Shown: positions 51,401-63,051, counted from the first letter of the whole stretch. The stretch: DNA of 63,930 nucleotides, filler included, from Phoronis australis (GCA_002633005.1; 7 parts of 7 records of this genome joined end to end with filler, not necessarily neighbours in it), one strand, 5' to 3'. The notes: a model not told the origin generated them from the sequence alone. Translations and numbers: made by a program.

Positions 51401-51417
51401 ATGACAAGACGGTCAAG
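45434..51417 (+). CDS. POC1: POC1 centriolar WD40 protein, 5' partial (5 exons)
   Basis: Exons 45434-45448 (MVTVL), 49358-49442, 49651-49730, 50354-50445, 51309-51417: [77 protein letters not shown]. Confidence 0.93.
45718..46081. mobile_element. hAT-like MITE; similar element near 54338-54630
   Basis: cagtggcggatctagg...ggggggccc start and cccccccttaaatccacctatg / cccctctaaatccgccactg ends. Confidence 0.55.
46318..48065. mobile_element. Non-autonomous hAT-like element spanning a scaffold gap, apparent 5-bp TSD
   Basis: TIR CAGGGCTCGAC / GTCGAGCCCTG; subterminal tgcgacctg repeats at both ends; TCTTG on both flanks. Confidence 0.75.
50506..50983. mobile_element. hAT-like MITE; second, 3'-truncated copy at 51599-~51960
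   Basis: TIR ca(a/g)ggcttggaat / attccaagccctg; internal ttccgcgg repeats; the two copies align over ~350 bp. Confidence 0.8.
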
Positions 51418-52000
51418 GTAGGTGGCTAACGCTACCTGGTGTCTGCCGGCTTTCAAGACAGCTTGTAATATCGCAATTTATACGGGCTCAAAAGGAAAAG
51501 ATGTCTTTCGTATTAACTTGCATCAAACGAATGCTTAAAATGCGGGCTTATGCAAGGTCATGGTTTCCATGGAACTGTTTTTTTTATTAAGTATTCTTCA
51601 GGGCTTGGAATTTTCCGCGGAAACGCGGATTTCCGCTTTTTTGAAATGTGCTTTCCGCTTTTTTTATAATATTTCCGCGTAAAAAAATCGGATTTGATAT
51701 GAAATTTCCGCGGCAAATTCCTTTCTTACCGCGGCGTTGCAGACGACGTTCACCTCGGAAAGCGGAAGTCTTTATGTTTCGGAGGAACGTAAATTGTCAA
51801 CATTGCCGGGGCACCTGTGATTTTCAATGGCGGCTCGTGTTATTGTTAAGCGCGGCGACAAATACTACCGCTCTGCAGCCAAATTTGTGTGGGTTGGGAA
51901 TGGACGGGCGAGCGAAAAGGACGCAGACGCATGCTACTGATGGTGGTAACGTTTTTTTTATTATGGTTATGATTCGGCGGTGTTTACTCACCTTGGTGGT

Positions 52001-52280
52001 ACAGACCGTTCTTACTTCATAGAGGGTGTTACAATTATAGATAGGAAAGAAAACTGGTTCAGTAGACGGGTTAAGGAGGCAATGTATGCACGAATGCAAA
52101 ATCTAAATTTAAATAGACAAGACTGTCTGAAAGTTCCGGCCAAAGCATAGGATAGAGCGCTCAAGAGTGTCCCGCGCAGACTGTGTTGATGGTGACATGA
52201 CGCGTCACATGATACGTCACATGACACCCCAGTAGCCTGCCGAAGTCCTCGGGATGAGGACGAAACGTAGTCAATTCAAA
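52001..52280 (+). mobile_element. Penelope-like element 3' remnant (GIY-YIG C-terminus plus hammerhead-like motif)
   Basis: EGVTIIDRKENWFSRRVKEAMYARMQNLNLNRQD resembles Penelope ILD.E..W..R.VKEAI.IR...LNR. Confidence 0.65.
52231..52276 (+). ncRNA. Degenerate minimal hammerhead ribozyme
   Basis: CTGccGA-a-GTCCTC-gggat-GAGGAC-GAA-ACGT-A: stem II perfect, palindromic stem III, core A6 mutated, stem I weak. Confidence 0.5.
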
Positions 52281-52286
52281 TCTTAA

Positions 52287-53866
52287 AGGAGCATGCCACC
52301 CAAAAAACATCCTATCAGTTTAGATCGAGTAGTTCTACTCCATAAGGGCACGTACGGTTGCGTTACCTGACACCTGACGGCAGACGGAGGTGTTGAAATT
52401 ATCCAATGACGTAATTGGTTTCACACGTAGTCTGTTCAGCACTTCACAACACGGGTTACTGGTGTCAGCTTATTGCTTGAATTCATCGTTTAACACCAAT
52501 AAATCATCAAACTTCTCATGTAAAACCCTTATAAAAACGTGTTGTTTTATTTCGCTGTTACGAATTTATTGGCATTTGGACACCGTAGCCTACAAAGTTC
52601 GACAGGCCAGTAAGGTCAGTAACAGGAGTTTGGGGCCTGTTCGGAGATAAATTCGAAGTATTTTTCCGTGAGATACTGACAGGAGAACCTAGATGTGTGA
52701 TGTTTAGACTTGTGATTTTTGAGTTCTAAACACACAAAACGCTTGTTATCCTGGCCAGTGGCTCGGAACCTGATCAGACATCACGAACATAAACCAGCCA
52801 AAGTTGGAAACTAAATTTCCAGTCAAGAAAATACTATACTAGTAGTGAGCCAAAGAAGTAAATTGCTCGCCGTGATTAGTGTATGTTGGTGAATTAGCCA
52901 CGAAACTGCAAATCTACTCAGCTTACTTGTCGGGGGTCGCGAATTCAGGTTCCGCTTTGGCCACAGAACCGTCAGGGCAGAATGTGTACAATCATTATTT
53001 TAATAATGTAAATGTAAATAAAGATTCCCCTAACACGTGGCCGTTGGATAGAATTCGAGTTGTTTCAAAACAGTTTCTGTCAGCAAGCATGACCTCCCAC
53101 ACCGCCTCGGTGTCCCGTCAATTAGTTTTATTGCACCTAAAGCCGGTAACGCAGTGATTTATTCATTGCTGGCTTCTCAAATCATTTGCACTCACGAACA
53201 CTCCAAAGGCATTACAAATTGCATCTAATGAGACAGACTTTGTTTCAGTTTTATATAAGTATTGTTAAGGGTAGGAATGATTCATTTTGAAACAGAACGC
53301 TCAGTAATAAACGTCAACATGGACTTGCAATCCCGACCTAGACGAGAGCTCATCTCGACGAAGACTTCGCAGGTGAATCGTTAAGTTTCACAGGCTATCA
53401 GTTCGAACAGGAATACAGAGATGAAGAAATACTAGAGAGGAGCCGTGAACAAGCTCAGACAACGGAACGTATGGATAGTTAATTGGTAAGCCGGCACTGT
53501 CCCGCGACAACTGCAGGCCGCACAAGGAGATGTTTCACGGCCTCATACTTGCTGTTTACAGCGTACTTTTCATTCGTCACTACCGAGAGCCACTTCCTAA
53601 GCATTTCGGACTTTCGAGGAAGTCGAAAAAATGATATACCCGCTTTCCTCGCAGCTGCATAGTTCGGACAAGCGGGAACGATACACCGCAACATAACGGC
53701 ATTAACTCTGCAAATGAACCTCTGACGTCGCTGCTTCGTTTCTCACCTTCCTCTCAGGTTAACGCGACACCTCTCGGCAAGGTAAGGTCGACCGTATGCG
53801 AGGCGATGTGGATATAGACCGATTAAGACGGCAAAAAAGACAAATTAAATCGGGTGGCATTCTCCT
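52287..53866. mobile_element. Kolobok-type family B element, internally deleted
   Basis: TTAA 52283-52286 and TCAA 53867-53870; AGGAGCATGCCACCC...GGGTGGCATTCTCCT; THAP 53479-53694 (-) MLRCIVPACPN..FFRLP..LRKW; TGYQFEQEYRDEE accessory motif near 53391-53430 (+). Confidence 0.82.
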
Positions 53867-53952
53867 TCAAGCCCAGTATTTGGTTTGTTTTTCACTATAT
53901 AATCTATTGAAGTGGATGACAGACTGCAAAGTTCATAGCATTGTCCTTACAG

Positions 53953-55903
53953 GTTGCTAACAAGGTCTGGCGATTTGGCCTTCTCTGTTCGCGTGATTCA
54001 CTCCGTGTCCTTGAGGATGTCCGCTGTCCAGATATTCTGTAGGGATAAGATGGTCGCGGTCAGCCACACCATAGGAACAGACCAACTACCCGACCCCTCG
54101 CAGGTGAGCGGAGTTGAGGTCACGTACATTAAAATTTCTGGAACACTTTTTTAAATTGAATTTCATAAAGAGTACCCTTCACAAGATTGTTTAAAATGCT
54201 TGTAAAGACCTTAAACAGGCGAGAATTCATTTGAAATTTAGAGCATGCATTGTAAATTTTTATTGTTAGTTTGCCAGTTTCTTCACTGGCTAGGCTAGCC
54301 AAAATATTCGTCTCCTTCGTCATGCTAGTTTAGTGCTGTATGGCCGGATCAAGAAGGGTTGACTGAGTTGGCCAATTTTCTTGTTTGACCAATGCAAAGG
54401 TATCGTTTGGGAAAACCTGATCAGGTCATGCTGTAAAAATCTCTTTTAAACGAGATGAGGAACGATTTGGAGAAATTCTTTGGACTTCTTCATGGTCACG
54501 TGCTTAGCAGGACTACTTCTATCCACGTTTCAGTTGTTATTTTGCCCATCAGAGATTCACATCCCCGAACTGCCAGGTGGAATCTTGGAGAATTTTTTAG
54601 GGCCTTGGCTCCCCTCTAAATCCGCCACTGACTAGGGGGCTTGTCATCAACAGAGTGACTCTGTTCACAAGTTAACATAGTGCTGTAATATTGGAATGGA
54701 AGGTTTGGAAGCATCCAGGCGCTATTTTCCATTTGCTTTTGGGGACATGAAAGCCAGTGGAAACTATGACATCTGAATAGATTATTAGAAAATTAGACTA
54801 TATGTGGGTTATTAAATTTTCAAAACTGGTCAGGTAAAAGCGATTTTGTCAACAGAAACCCAAGCCTTGAGATATTCATTGGAGGTTAGTTTCCAGCATG
54901 GCTTATTAGCGATTGTTTGTTTCCAATTTCAGGTAAGCTCCATAAACTACTGAGACAAGTAAAAATCTTTTGGCATGGATCCAAAACCAATAGTCACGTG
55001 GTGTAAGCCACAGAAATCTAGGAATATATCTTCGATCATGCGGGGCTAAGGTTGAGTTGAGCATGCTTGGGTATAATAATTGTTTGCATGGGTATGTTCG
55101 GGTGTTATTTCTTGTTACATGTATGGTACACAGCGCTTAGTGGGGGTTGTTTAGTAAAAACCAGGTAACTCGAGAAACTCGCAGCTAAATTCGTCAATTT
55201 CAAGTTAAGCTCACAGATTACACATTCCTAGTTGTTCTTAGTGTCATGCACGTTCTTGGTGTTATGCACGTTCTTGGTGTCATGCACGTTCTTGGTGTCA
55301 CGCACGTTCTTGGTGTCACGCACGTTCTTGGTGTCATACACGTTCTTGGTGCCATGCACGTTCTTGGTGTCACGCACGATATAGTCACTGTTCCGTAGTC
55401 TCAATTAGTCGTAAAATTCACAAAATTTTCTAATATTACTGGAGCTCACTAAAAGTAGTGTACTGTCGCTTCAGTGCCACCTGGATTTAAGAAACCTTCA
55501 TGTTTCTTGCCCACTTCTCAAGTCCAAAAAGTTTATTACAGTTATCAAAAACGTCTTCGAGACAAATTTTATCTAATTTTCAGAAATTGTGCATACATGT
55601 ACATGTATATGCATTGCCTGTGACTTGAGTTACGGCTCATTTGGCCAAGATCCAGTTGAGTTAGTGTATGTCAGTTAAACAATGACAAAATGTCACTTTT
55701 TAAAGTCTGTGACATTTTGTCACTAAAAACTACTGTCCTGTTTATGTCATGTTTTCAGCTTGGCAACAAGAAAGTCCGGGATTTGTATGCACTCGCCTCT
55801 GGAAAGGGCGAGAGAGCCATGGTCATCAAAAACACAACAGGAGACTGGGCTGTGATGAAAGGGTATTGGGACGGTTTCAAGAAGGGACAGGCCGCTGTAA
55901 AAG
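53953..55903 (+). CDS. Two internal exons of an unrelated gene (not WD40; possibly glycine-rich-domain/GRDP-like family)
   Basis: 53953-54103 LLTRSGDLAFSVRVIHSVSLRMSAVQIFCRDKMVAVSHTIGTDQLPDPSQ and 55759-55903 LGNKK..GERAMVIKNTTGDWAVMKGYWDG; good splice sites, phase-0 join; family name is recollection only. Confidence 0.6.
55241..55378. repeat. 18-bp minisatellite, ~7.5 copies (GTGTCATGCACGTTCTTG)
   Basis: Direct reading. Confidence 0.95.
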
Positions 55904-55981
55904 GTATTTTGACTCAGGCTTACGGGTGGGTGTAGCCAAAATAAGTCCCACTGTTTAACACAGATTGAAATTGATTTATCG

Positions 55982-55983
<2 letters not shown>

Positions 55984-56046
<63 letters not shown>
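55984..56046. repeat. (TA)n microsatellite
   Basis: Direct reading. Confidence 0.99.
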
Positions 56047-56054
<8 letters not shown>

Positions 56055-57063
56055 TTTTTCGCTCAAGTTCATTAATATGGTTTACGTAGATGACAGCGTA
56101 ACCCTAGTCTGCCATTAATGATTCCAGCGTTAATAAAAAGCAATTTGTGATCGACATATGTCCCGAATAATAGATAAATGATACGTGCGTCGCAAGCTCG
56201 TTACCAGAGATGAAAAGGAGACCGAGGTAGGCGATATAGGTTATTTATTATGACTAGTACAATTACAATAAAATGAATACAGGTAAATAACGTATAATAC
56301 ATGTAGGTAATCTCTGGTAAGATGGGCGATAAAAAGCGCCACAAGAGATGAGTTTACAACGGAAGACAACGATTGAGACGAGTTTGACAAACACTGGCCC
56401 CTAGTGGCAATTTCATTTTTTCTGTTTTCTTTTGTTTCTCTGATGACTTCCTCGACGAATTTTCATGAAAATTGTTAGATAGCTTTCCAACTTTGACATT
56501 TTCCGGTTTTCAGACGGATTCGACGTATTTTTCTCCATCTAGTGGCCATTTTTACTGTTTACTAATCTGTTTTTGGCGTCCGGCCTCTGTCAATCAAACC
56601 ACTCTTTGGATGATTGTGAAAATTGGCTTGTGTATTGTTAGTGTGAAGAGGACGGTTGACTATGATTTTCAGGCTTCAATTACTGTTGGGCCTCCTTGTG
56701 ACATTTTTTCGCCCTTAGCTGTATCTCCTAAGCCCTTTGCAGAATATTTATTAAATATAGCTAGTATATTTATATGACGTTGACAACGGATGACGACAAC
56801 TTTCAGATGGATCCGATGAAAGCTTTGTCCTCTAGTGGCAATTTCATTTTTTCCGCTTTGCTGAAGTTTCTTGACGGATTTTCATGAAATGTTGTGAATA
56901 GCTTTCTGTTAAAAAATGATGACATTTTCCAGCTTTTATGGATTCGAAGTATTTTGCACTATCTAGTGACCATTTTTATGATGCAAATAAACACCCTAGA
57001 AGCACATCGTTTGCAGTGTTTTCGTGGGCGGATTTCAACGCTCCGCGTTGCTCTTCTGTGAGT

Positions 57064-57302
57064 ACTGTGGAAACACCAGATTTCATTCGGTCACAATTAA
57101 CACTTATGTGAGTAATGAAAAAAATACTATGAGACGGATAGAACGACAGACACACAGGTAGAAATCCGAGGTTCTAAGAGTTTAATTTTGTGATTACTGT
57201 GGAACACAACGGATTCAATTCGATTTACTACAGTTAACCCTTTTGTGAGTAATGAATAAATGCTACGAGGCGGATAGAACGACAGACAGACATGTAGAAA
57301 TC
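57064..57302. repeat. Diverged ~130-bp tandem duplication
   Basis: tactgtggaa...tgtgagtaatgaa...cggatagaacgacagaca...gtagaaatc twice. Confidence 0.8.
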
Positions 57303-57763
57303 AAGGCAAGCGAAACTACTAATCATGCCCACTCACGTTATCTGTAAAACTAAAACATTTGGAGATCAAAAGAAAATACAATGTATCCACGCATTAATAT
57401 TACCATAATCAGTAATAATAATTTTACTACATGTCTCTGTCCTGCTCGGCCTTCAGAATTACTGCCGCCATGTCAAGTGCAGCTTGTCACATGGTGTCTC
57501 GCTCGGAGAACGAAATCACGCACCAGAACATTACATTCACAGAACAAAGCATGAGTAAATGTTGCCTGATTTATTTGGTATAAAAGGAACCGCCTTAATA
57601 TCCACTGACAGCAAAAATCATACTAAGCAATTTACACCTCAAAATGCGACCCCCCCCCCCCCCNNNNNNNNNNNNNNNNNNNNNNNNNNNNNNNNNNNNN
57701 NNNNNNNTTAATTAATTAANNNNNNNNNNNNNNNNNNNNNNNNNNNNNNNNNNNNNNNNNNNN

Positions 57764-60520
57764 ACTTAGATAATTTCCTCTCATGGGCCTCTTCGCATCC
57801 TTCCTCCCAAGGCACCGTAAGCTCTATAATCACTATACAATGATGAATGTCCGACCACAGAATGATGTCAGGCCGAAGTGATGTTTCCACAATACTCGGG
57901 AACACAAGCTTTCTTCCCAGATCTACTCTCATTTCCCAGCTTACTCCATCCAGGATGCAAGGCTGCTGACGTGACCTCTTCCGTATCTCACCTTCCCTGA
58001 CGAATTGTATGTGCTGTCTGCTTGCCCTAGGCTGTGTTACTCTTGTCTTACGCTCTCCATCTATGATGTCTGCAAAGGTCTTCAGTACTTGGTCATGATG
58101 CCACCTGTATCGGCCCTGCTGTAGTGCCATCTTACACCCTGATAAGATGTGGGCCAACGTACCTCTTCCTCCGCACAACTGGCAGGCTGGGTCATCCACT
58201 AGGCCCCATCGAAGAAGGTTTGCAGGCGATGGTAACACGTCGTAAACCGAGCGAAGTAGAAACTGGACACGCATCGGCTCCATACTGTCATGACGCCATC
58301 TGTATCGGCCCTGCTGTAGTGCCATCTTGCACCCTGATAAGATGTGGGCCAATGTACCTCTTCCTCCGCACAACTGGCAGGCTGGGTCATCCACTAGGCC
58401 CCAGCGAAGAAGGTTCGCAGGCGATGGTAACACGTCGTAAACCGAGCGAAGTAAAAACTGGACACGCATCAGCTCCATACTCCAAACGTCTGCCCACGAT
58501 ATTTTCCTCTCTGGAAGGCTCCACCTGGTCCATGCTCCTTGCTGGCTTAGTTGGACTGCCTTGGCTTTACGGGCTTCCTCCTCCGCTGCTCTAACCTCAG
58601 CTTGGACCATCTCCCTCCGCTGCCTCTCACTCGCTTTCTCCCACTGCTGGAACTGGGATGTCCCCAACCCCTGGCGTCCTACGCAGGTGCTACCAATTAT
58701 TTCTCTGATCTGTAACAAATTCTCCGCCTGGCTCACAGATGTGTCTGCTGACCACCGTCTCCCTGATCTTGTCATGACGCCAGCATCCCTCACCTTTGGA
58801 TCTCTAGAGTCACGTAATATGAGAACCACCCTGCACTTTCCTACTTTAAACTCCTCCGTGATTGATGCTAGAGGCAGCTGAAGCTCTGCTGTTCTGCTAT
58901 AAAGGCCAACCTGTGTGAAGCTTCTTGGGACTCCCAACCACTTCCTCAGCCACTTGCTTACTGTTCTTTCCAGGCACTCTACCGCCGATATCGGGATGTC
59001 GTACAGCATTAGACCCCACGTTGCTCGAGGTAACAGCCCGTGCTGGTAAATCCATGCCTTGTACTTGCCAGGAAGACCACTTTTCTCTATTCTCTTCAAC
59101 CACTCCGTCACCTGGGTCTCCATCTGCTTGATGTTGTTCTTGTCGCACAGGAGATCATCGTACCATTTACCTAGGCACTTGATGGGGTTATTAACAATTG
59201 ATGGAATCTCTTCGCCTTGAATGGTCAAGGTAAATCTGTTGACTACTTTCCCACCTCTAATTATCAGAAGTCTCGACGTCCTGGGTTTAAACTTCATACG
59301 AGCCCACGTTGCTACTTCATCTAGTGCTGCCAAAACCCACCGAGCTTGCACATGCGTCACCGTATTTACTGTCAAGTCATCCATAAATGCTCTAATTACA
59401 GGCACCACGATACCGGACTGTAGCCTCGGACCCCTACATTCTAGAAGTCTCGACTTCCTGGGTTTAAACTTCATACGAGCCCACGTTGCTACTTCATCTA
59501 GTGCTGCCAAAACCCACCCAGCTTGCACATGCGTCACCGTAGTTACTGTCAAGTCATCCATAAATGCTCTAATTACAGGCACTGTACCGGACTGTAGCCT
59601 CGGACCCCTACATTCCCTTTCTCCGGCCTTTATCAGAAAATTCATCCCCATGATGAACAGAGTAGGAGAGATGGTACATCCAGTTATTACACCTCTTTCC
59701 AGCTTGATCCAGTCTGTAGTGATGGCGCCTGCAGTAAACCTCAACTGGATACCTCGAAAATAATCTGTTAACATGCGACTGATATACTCCGAAACATGAT
59801 AGTACTCTAATGCTATGCTGATCAGCTGGTGGGGCATGGAACCGTAGGCGTTGGCTAAGTCCAGCCACACACACGTCAGGTCTTTCTTCTTCGACTTGGC
59901 CTCCCTAATCAGCTGGCTCAAGACGCTCGTATGTTCAACACAGCCTGAAAAACCAGGAATTCCTCCTTTCTGGACAGATGTGTCTATGTACTTGTTGTCT
60001 AAGAGATAGGATGTCAACCTCCTTGCAAGGATCCCAAAGAACATCTTCCCTTCTACACTCAGCAGTGATATTGTTCTAAACTGGTCAATCGCAGCAGCAT
60101 CCTTCTCCTTGGGCACAAAGCACCCCTCTGCGACCTTCCAGCCGGTAGGTATCTTGCCCTTTCTCCATACTGTTCTTAGAATCAGCCACAGCTGTCTTAA
60201 CAGCAAGGGACACTTCTTGTAGGTCTTGTACGGGATGCCACTTGGACCTGGGGCTGAACCCGACCGCGCTTTCTTAACCACCTGCAGCAGTTCCTTCCAC
60301 GTAGGTTCTTTCATGTCTAATTCACTCTCTGGCCTATTCACAGCCTCCATTNAGCCTCCACTCTCGAACACACTCCGAGGGGTACATCTCGTCTGTCGTC
60401 TCCATGAGCTGCGTTAAGATGTTGCTCTATTGCCTCTTTGCTTGACTGCAACTCGCCTGATCTCTCTTCCCCCAGTAAGGTCTTTGTAAATCTGAAGGGG
60501 TCCTTGACAAACTGAGAATA
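57764..60520 (-). mobile_element. RLE-type non-LTR retrotransposon (HERO/NeSL/R2-like): RT + CCHC + restriction-like endonuclease; 5' truncated, 3' end cut by contig edge
   Basis: SAPGPSG, FRTISLL, GCVEH, WLDLANAYGS, GVITGCTISP, AFMDD, KCLG; CQLC..HILSGC, RYRWRHD; LRPDI..IELTVPWE..AHERK. Confidence 0.9.
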
Positions 60521-61546
60521 GGCACAAAGAACTTGGCCAGATTTGTTTTGATAAATATTTAAGATAAAATATCAAAAATACTGTCAGTCATCTGAATTAT
60601 TTTTTCACTGCTGCCAACCATCTTAATGCTGAAAGTCCCAATTTTCATTTGGACATTGCGCAAAAGAGAACACATTTTCTAATAGTGTTTTGGAGGACTG
60701 AGCATGAATCAAACCTCTAATTTTTTCATATAAATCTACTCAGCCATGTTCTAAAGTTTGCTAAATTTCAACCTTTTTGCAGTTACTCACAACCTTTAGA
60801 GGTAGTACTATTCATCGGTTTTCTGTCAACAAAATTACTTTTGATTTAGGCACTTATCGTGAAAAATCCATTCACAATTTTTTCCTCAGTATACGAGGTA
60901 AATTCTGAGTTTTTTCCAAGCTGCTTCGAAAGAATTTATAGCTTGTTTTTGTTTAAGACCAGACACTGTTGTCACTATGTCAATTTTCATCTGAATAGGG
61001 AAAAAGTTGAAACTAACTTTATATCAGGAAATGGTCTTGATCAAAATTTTGCTTCTTCTATGATAGGTTTTTTGCCGCTGTAATGCCAAAAAGGCAGTAA
61101 TGTCGTTTTAATGAATTGAAACAGTCACATACTGTCATCTGATACTCAACACAAAGCTAGAAATGTTTTTCAGATAAAATCGAATAGCGTTTTGTTTTCC
61201 TTTCAGTTACCATATCTCATGGATGGGGANNNNNNNNNNNNNNNNNNNNNNNNNNNNNNNNNNNNNNNNNNNNTTAATTAATTAANNNNNNNNNNNNNNN
61301 NNNNNNNNNNNNNNNNNNNNNNNNNNNNNAAGAATGACTTGAATGGGTTTATCCCAATAGCACCGCCAATCCTATAACCCCCCTTCTAATTTCCCTGAAA
61401 ATTTAGTACCACCAGTGGAGCTGTGAAGCAGATAAAAGAGAATTGTACCCCATGTCCAGAGTTGTCTATAAATGCACTAAGTATTTCTTATGGTCACCCA
61501 ACCATACACCAAAAGGAGACAACTCAATCAAAATTCTTAGTTCACC

Positions 61547-62119
61547 ATGACCATGCCAACAAAAGTACTAGTGATCGGGAGTAGTTATATACGAAGACTA
61601 CAGCAGCACATCACTCATAACCACCTGAGCAACAGATTTCAATTAAGCGACCAGAGTCTCCACATCAAACTACATGGTAAAGGTGGTCTCACGTGTACCA
61701 AGCTACGGGCCAATGAACTGAATGTACTACAATCTTACCAACCCCATGTGGCTGTACTCCATGTTGGTGGTAATGATTTGAGTATGTTACCTGTGGAGAC
61801 AGTGCTGTATGACATCCTAGCATTGTTGAGCCTCCTGCACCATCAGCATGGCGTCAAGGTTATTGTTGTCTGCTCAGTCCTGTACAGATACAACATACCA
61901 CATTTTACAGACAAGGCTGACGAGCTCAACCACAGATTAGAGACCACAGTGCATGACCTCTCCTATGTCAAGTTTTGGAAACACCAAAGATTCCAGAACA
62001 ATATGAAGCTAGTACACCGGGATCATGTGCACCTCAGCAAAGCAGGAAATGATCGTTTATACAGATCACTGAAGAGTGCCATAGTTCTTGGCTTGTCCTG
62101 TTTACAGGGACTTCAGTGA
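61547..62119 (+). CDS. SGNH/GDSL-fold hydrolase, single exon, 190 aa (transposon-associated type)
   Basis: Blocks VIGSSY, GKGG, LHVGGNDL, RDHVHLS; intact ORF with caccATG. Confidence 0.8.
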   Translation: MTMPTKVLVIGSSYIRRLQQHITHNHLSNRFQLSDQSLHIKLHGKGGLTCTKLRANELNVLQSYQPHVAVLHVGGNDLSMLPVETVLYDILALLSLLHHQHGVKVIVVCSVLYRYNIPHFTDKADELNHRLETTVHDLSYVKFWKHQRFQNNMKLVHRDHVHLSKAGNDRLYRSLKSAIVLGLSCLQGLQ

Positions 62120-62727
62120 ATACTGCACTTCAACAGCCCTTTTAAGGGCCACAGTGTGTAAAATAATTGTTTTCTTTGTCATTAATCCTTTGGACTTTAT
62201 ATGCAAGATTTAATATAGATTCCAAACCAAAATTTGTGTTGTTTATGAGTTTGTATGCCCTATGAACTAATGTCTTCGTTCAAACGTCAAATAATGTTAC
62301 ATCGGTCAAACGGTTTGCAGTCTTTCCTGTCGGTTATCTACGCATCTGGTTGACTGGCATTACTTTTAAGATAACTGAACACTCACACCCATATCTCCCA
62401 CGAAAATAACTATCTGATGACACGGGCGCACTTGCTGACACACCCAGACGATCTTCAAAAGAAACCTCACGTGAAAACAACATATGTGTTTGTCGAGACG
62501 CATCGACGAGTTTTTGACTTGGGATTCCGGCACAATTTTCTGTAAAATGATCGTAATTTAACAATGAAATTTGATAGCAATGCAACACAGTTTAGACAAA
62601 AGTCTGTCGTAGGTTATAAACATGTAACAGAGTGTGAATTTGATGAATCCTAGGTTCTAAGGTTACAATAAACGTCCCCTCCCCCATGAAACTAATTTTT
62701 CTACTCGCTCAGACATTTATGAGGGCG

Positions 62728-63051
62728 AATAGAGCACTACAAATAGAGCACTACAAATAGAGCATTACAAATAGAGCGCTGCAAATAGAGCGCTGCAAAT
62801 AGAGCGCTGCAAATAGAGCGCTGCAAATAGAGCGCTGCAAATAGAGCGCTTCAAATAGAGCGCTGCAGATAGAGCGCTGCAGATAGAGCGCTGCAGATAG
62901 AGCGCTGCAGATAGAGCGCTGCAGATAGAGCGCTGCAGATAGAGCGCTGCAGATAGAGCGCTGCAGATAGAGCGCTGCAGATAGAGCGCTGCAGATAGAG
63001 CGCTGCAAATAGAGCGCTACAAATAGAGCGCTACAAATAGAGCACTACAAA
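62728..63051. repeat. 14-bp minisatellite, ~23 copies (ATAGAGCRCTRCAR)
   Basis: Direct reading. Confidence 0.97.

Noticed and set aside
55241-55378. 18-bp repeat array as CRISPR or iterons
   Set aside because: Head-to-tail minisatellite without spacers.
58124-59874. Antisense and alternate-frame ORFs over the RT
   Set aside because: Shadow ORFs of the retrotransposon coding strand.
57764-62119. SGNH ORF as ORF1 of the RLE retrotransposon
   Set aside because: Different contigs and opposite strands; the retroelement is 5' truncated near 60520.
62751-63008. Repetitive ORF LQRSICSALSAALY
   Set aside because: Translation of the 14-bp minisatellite.
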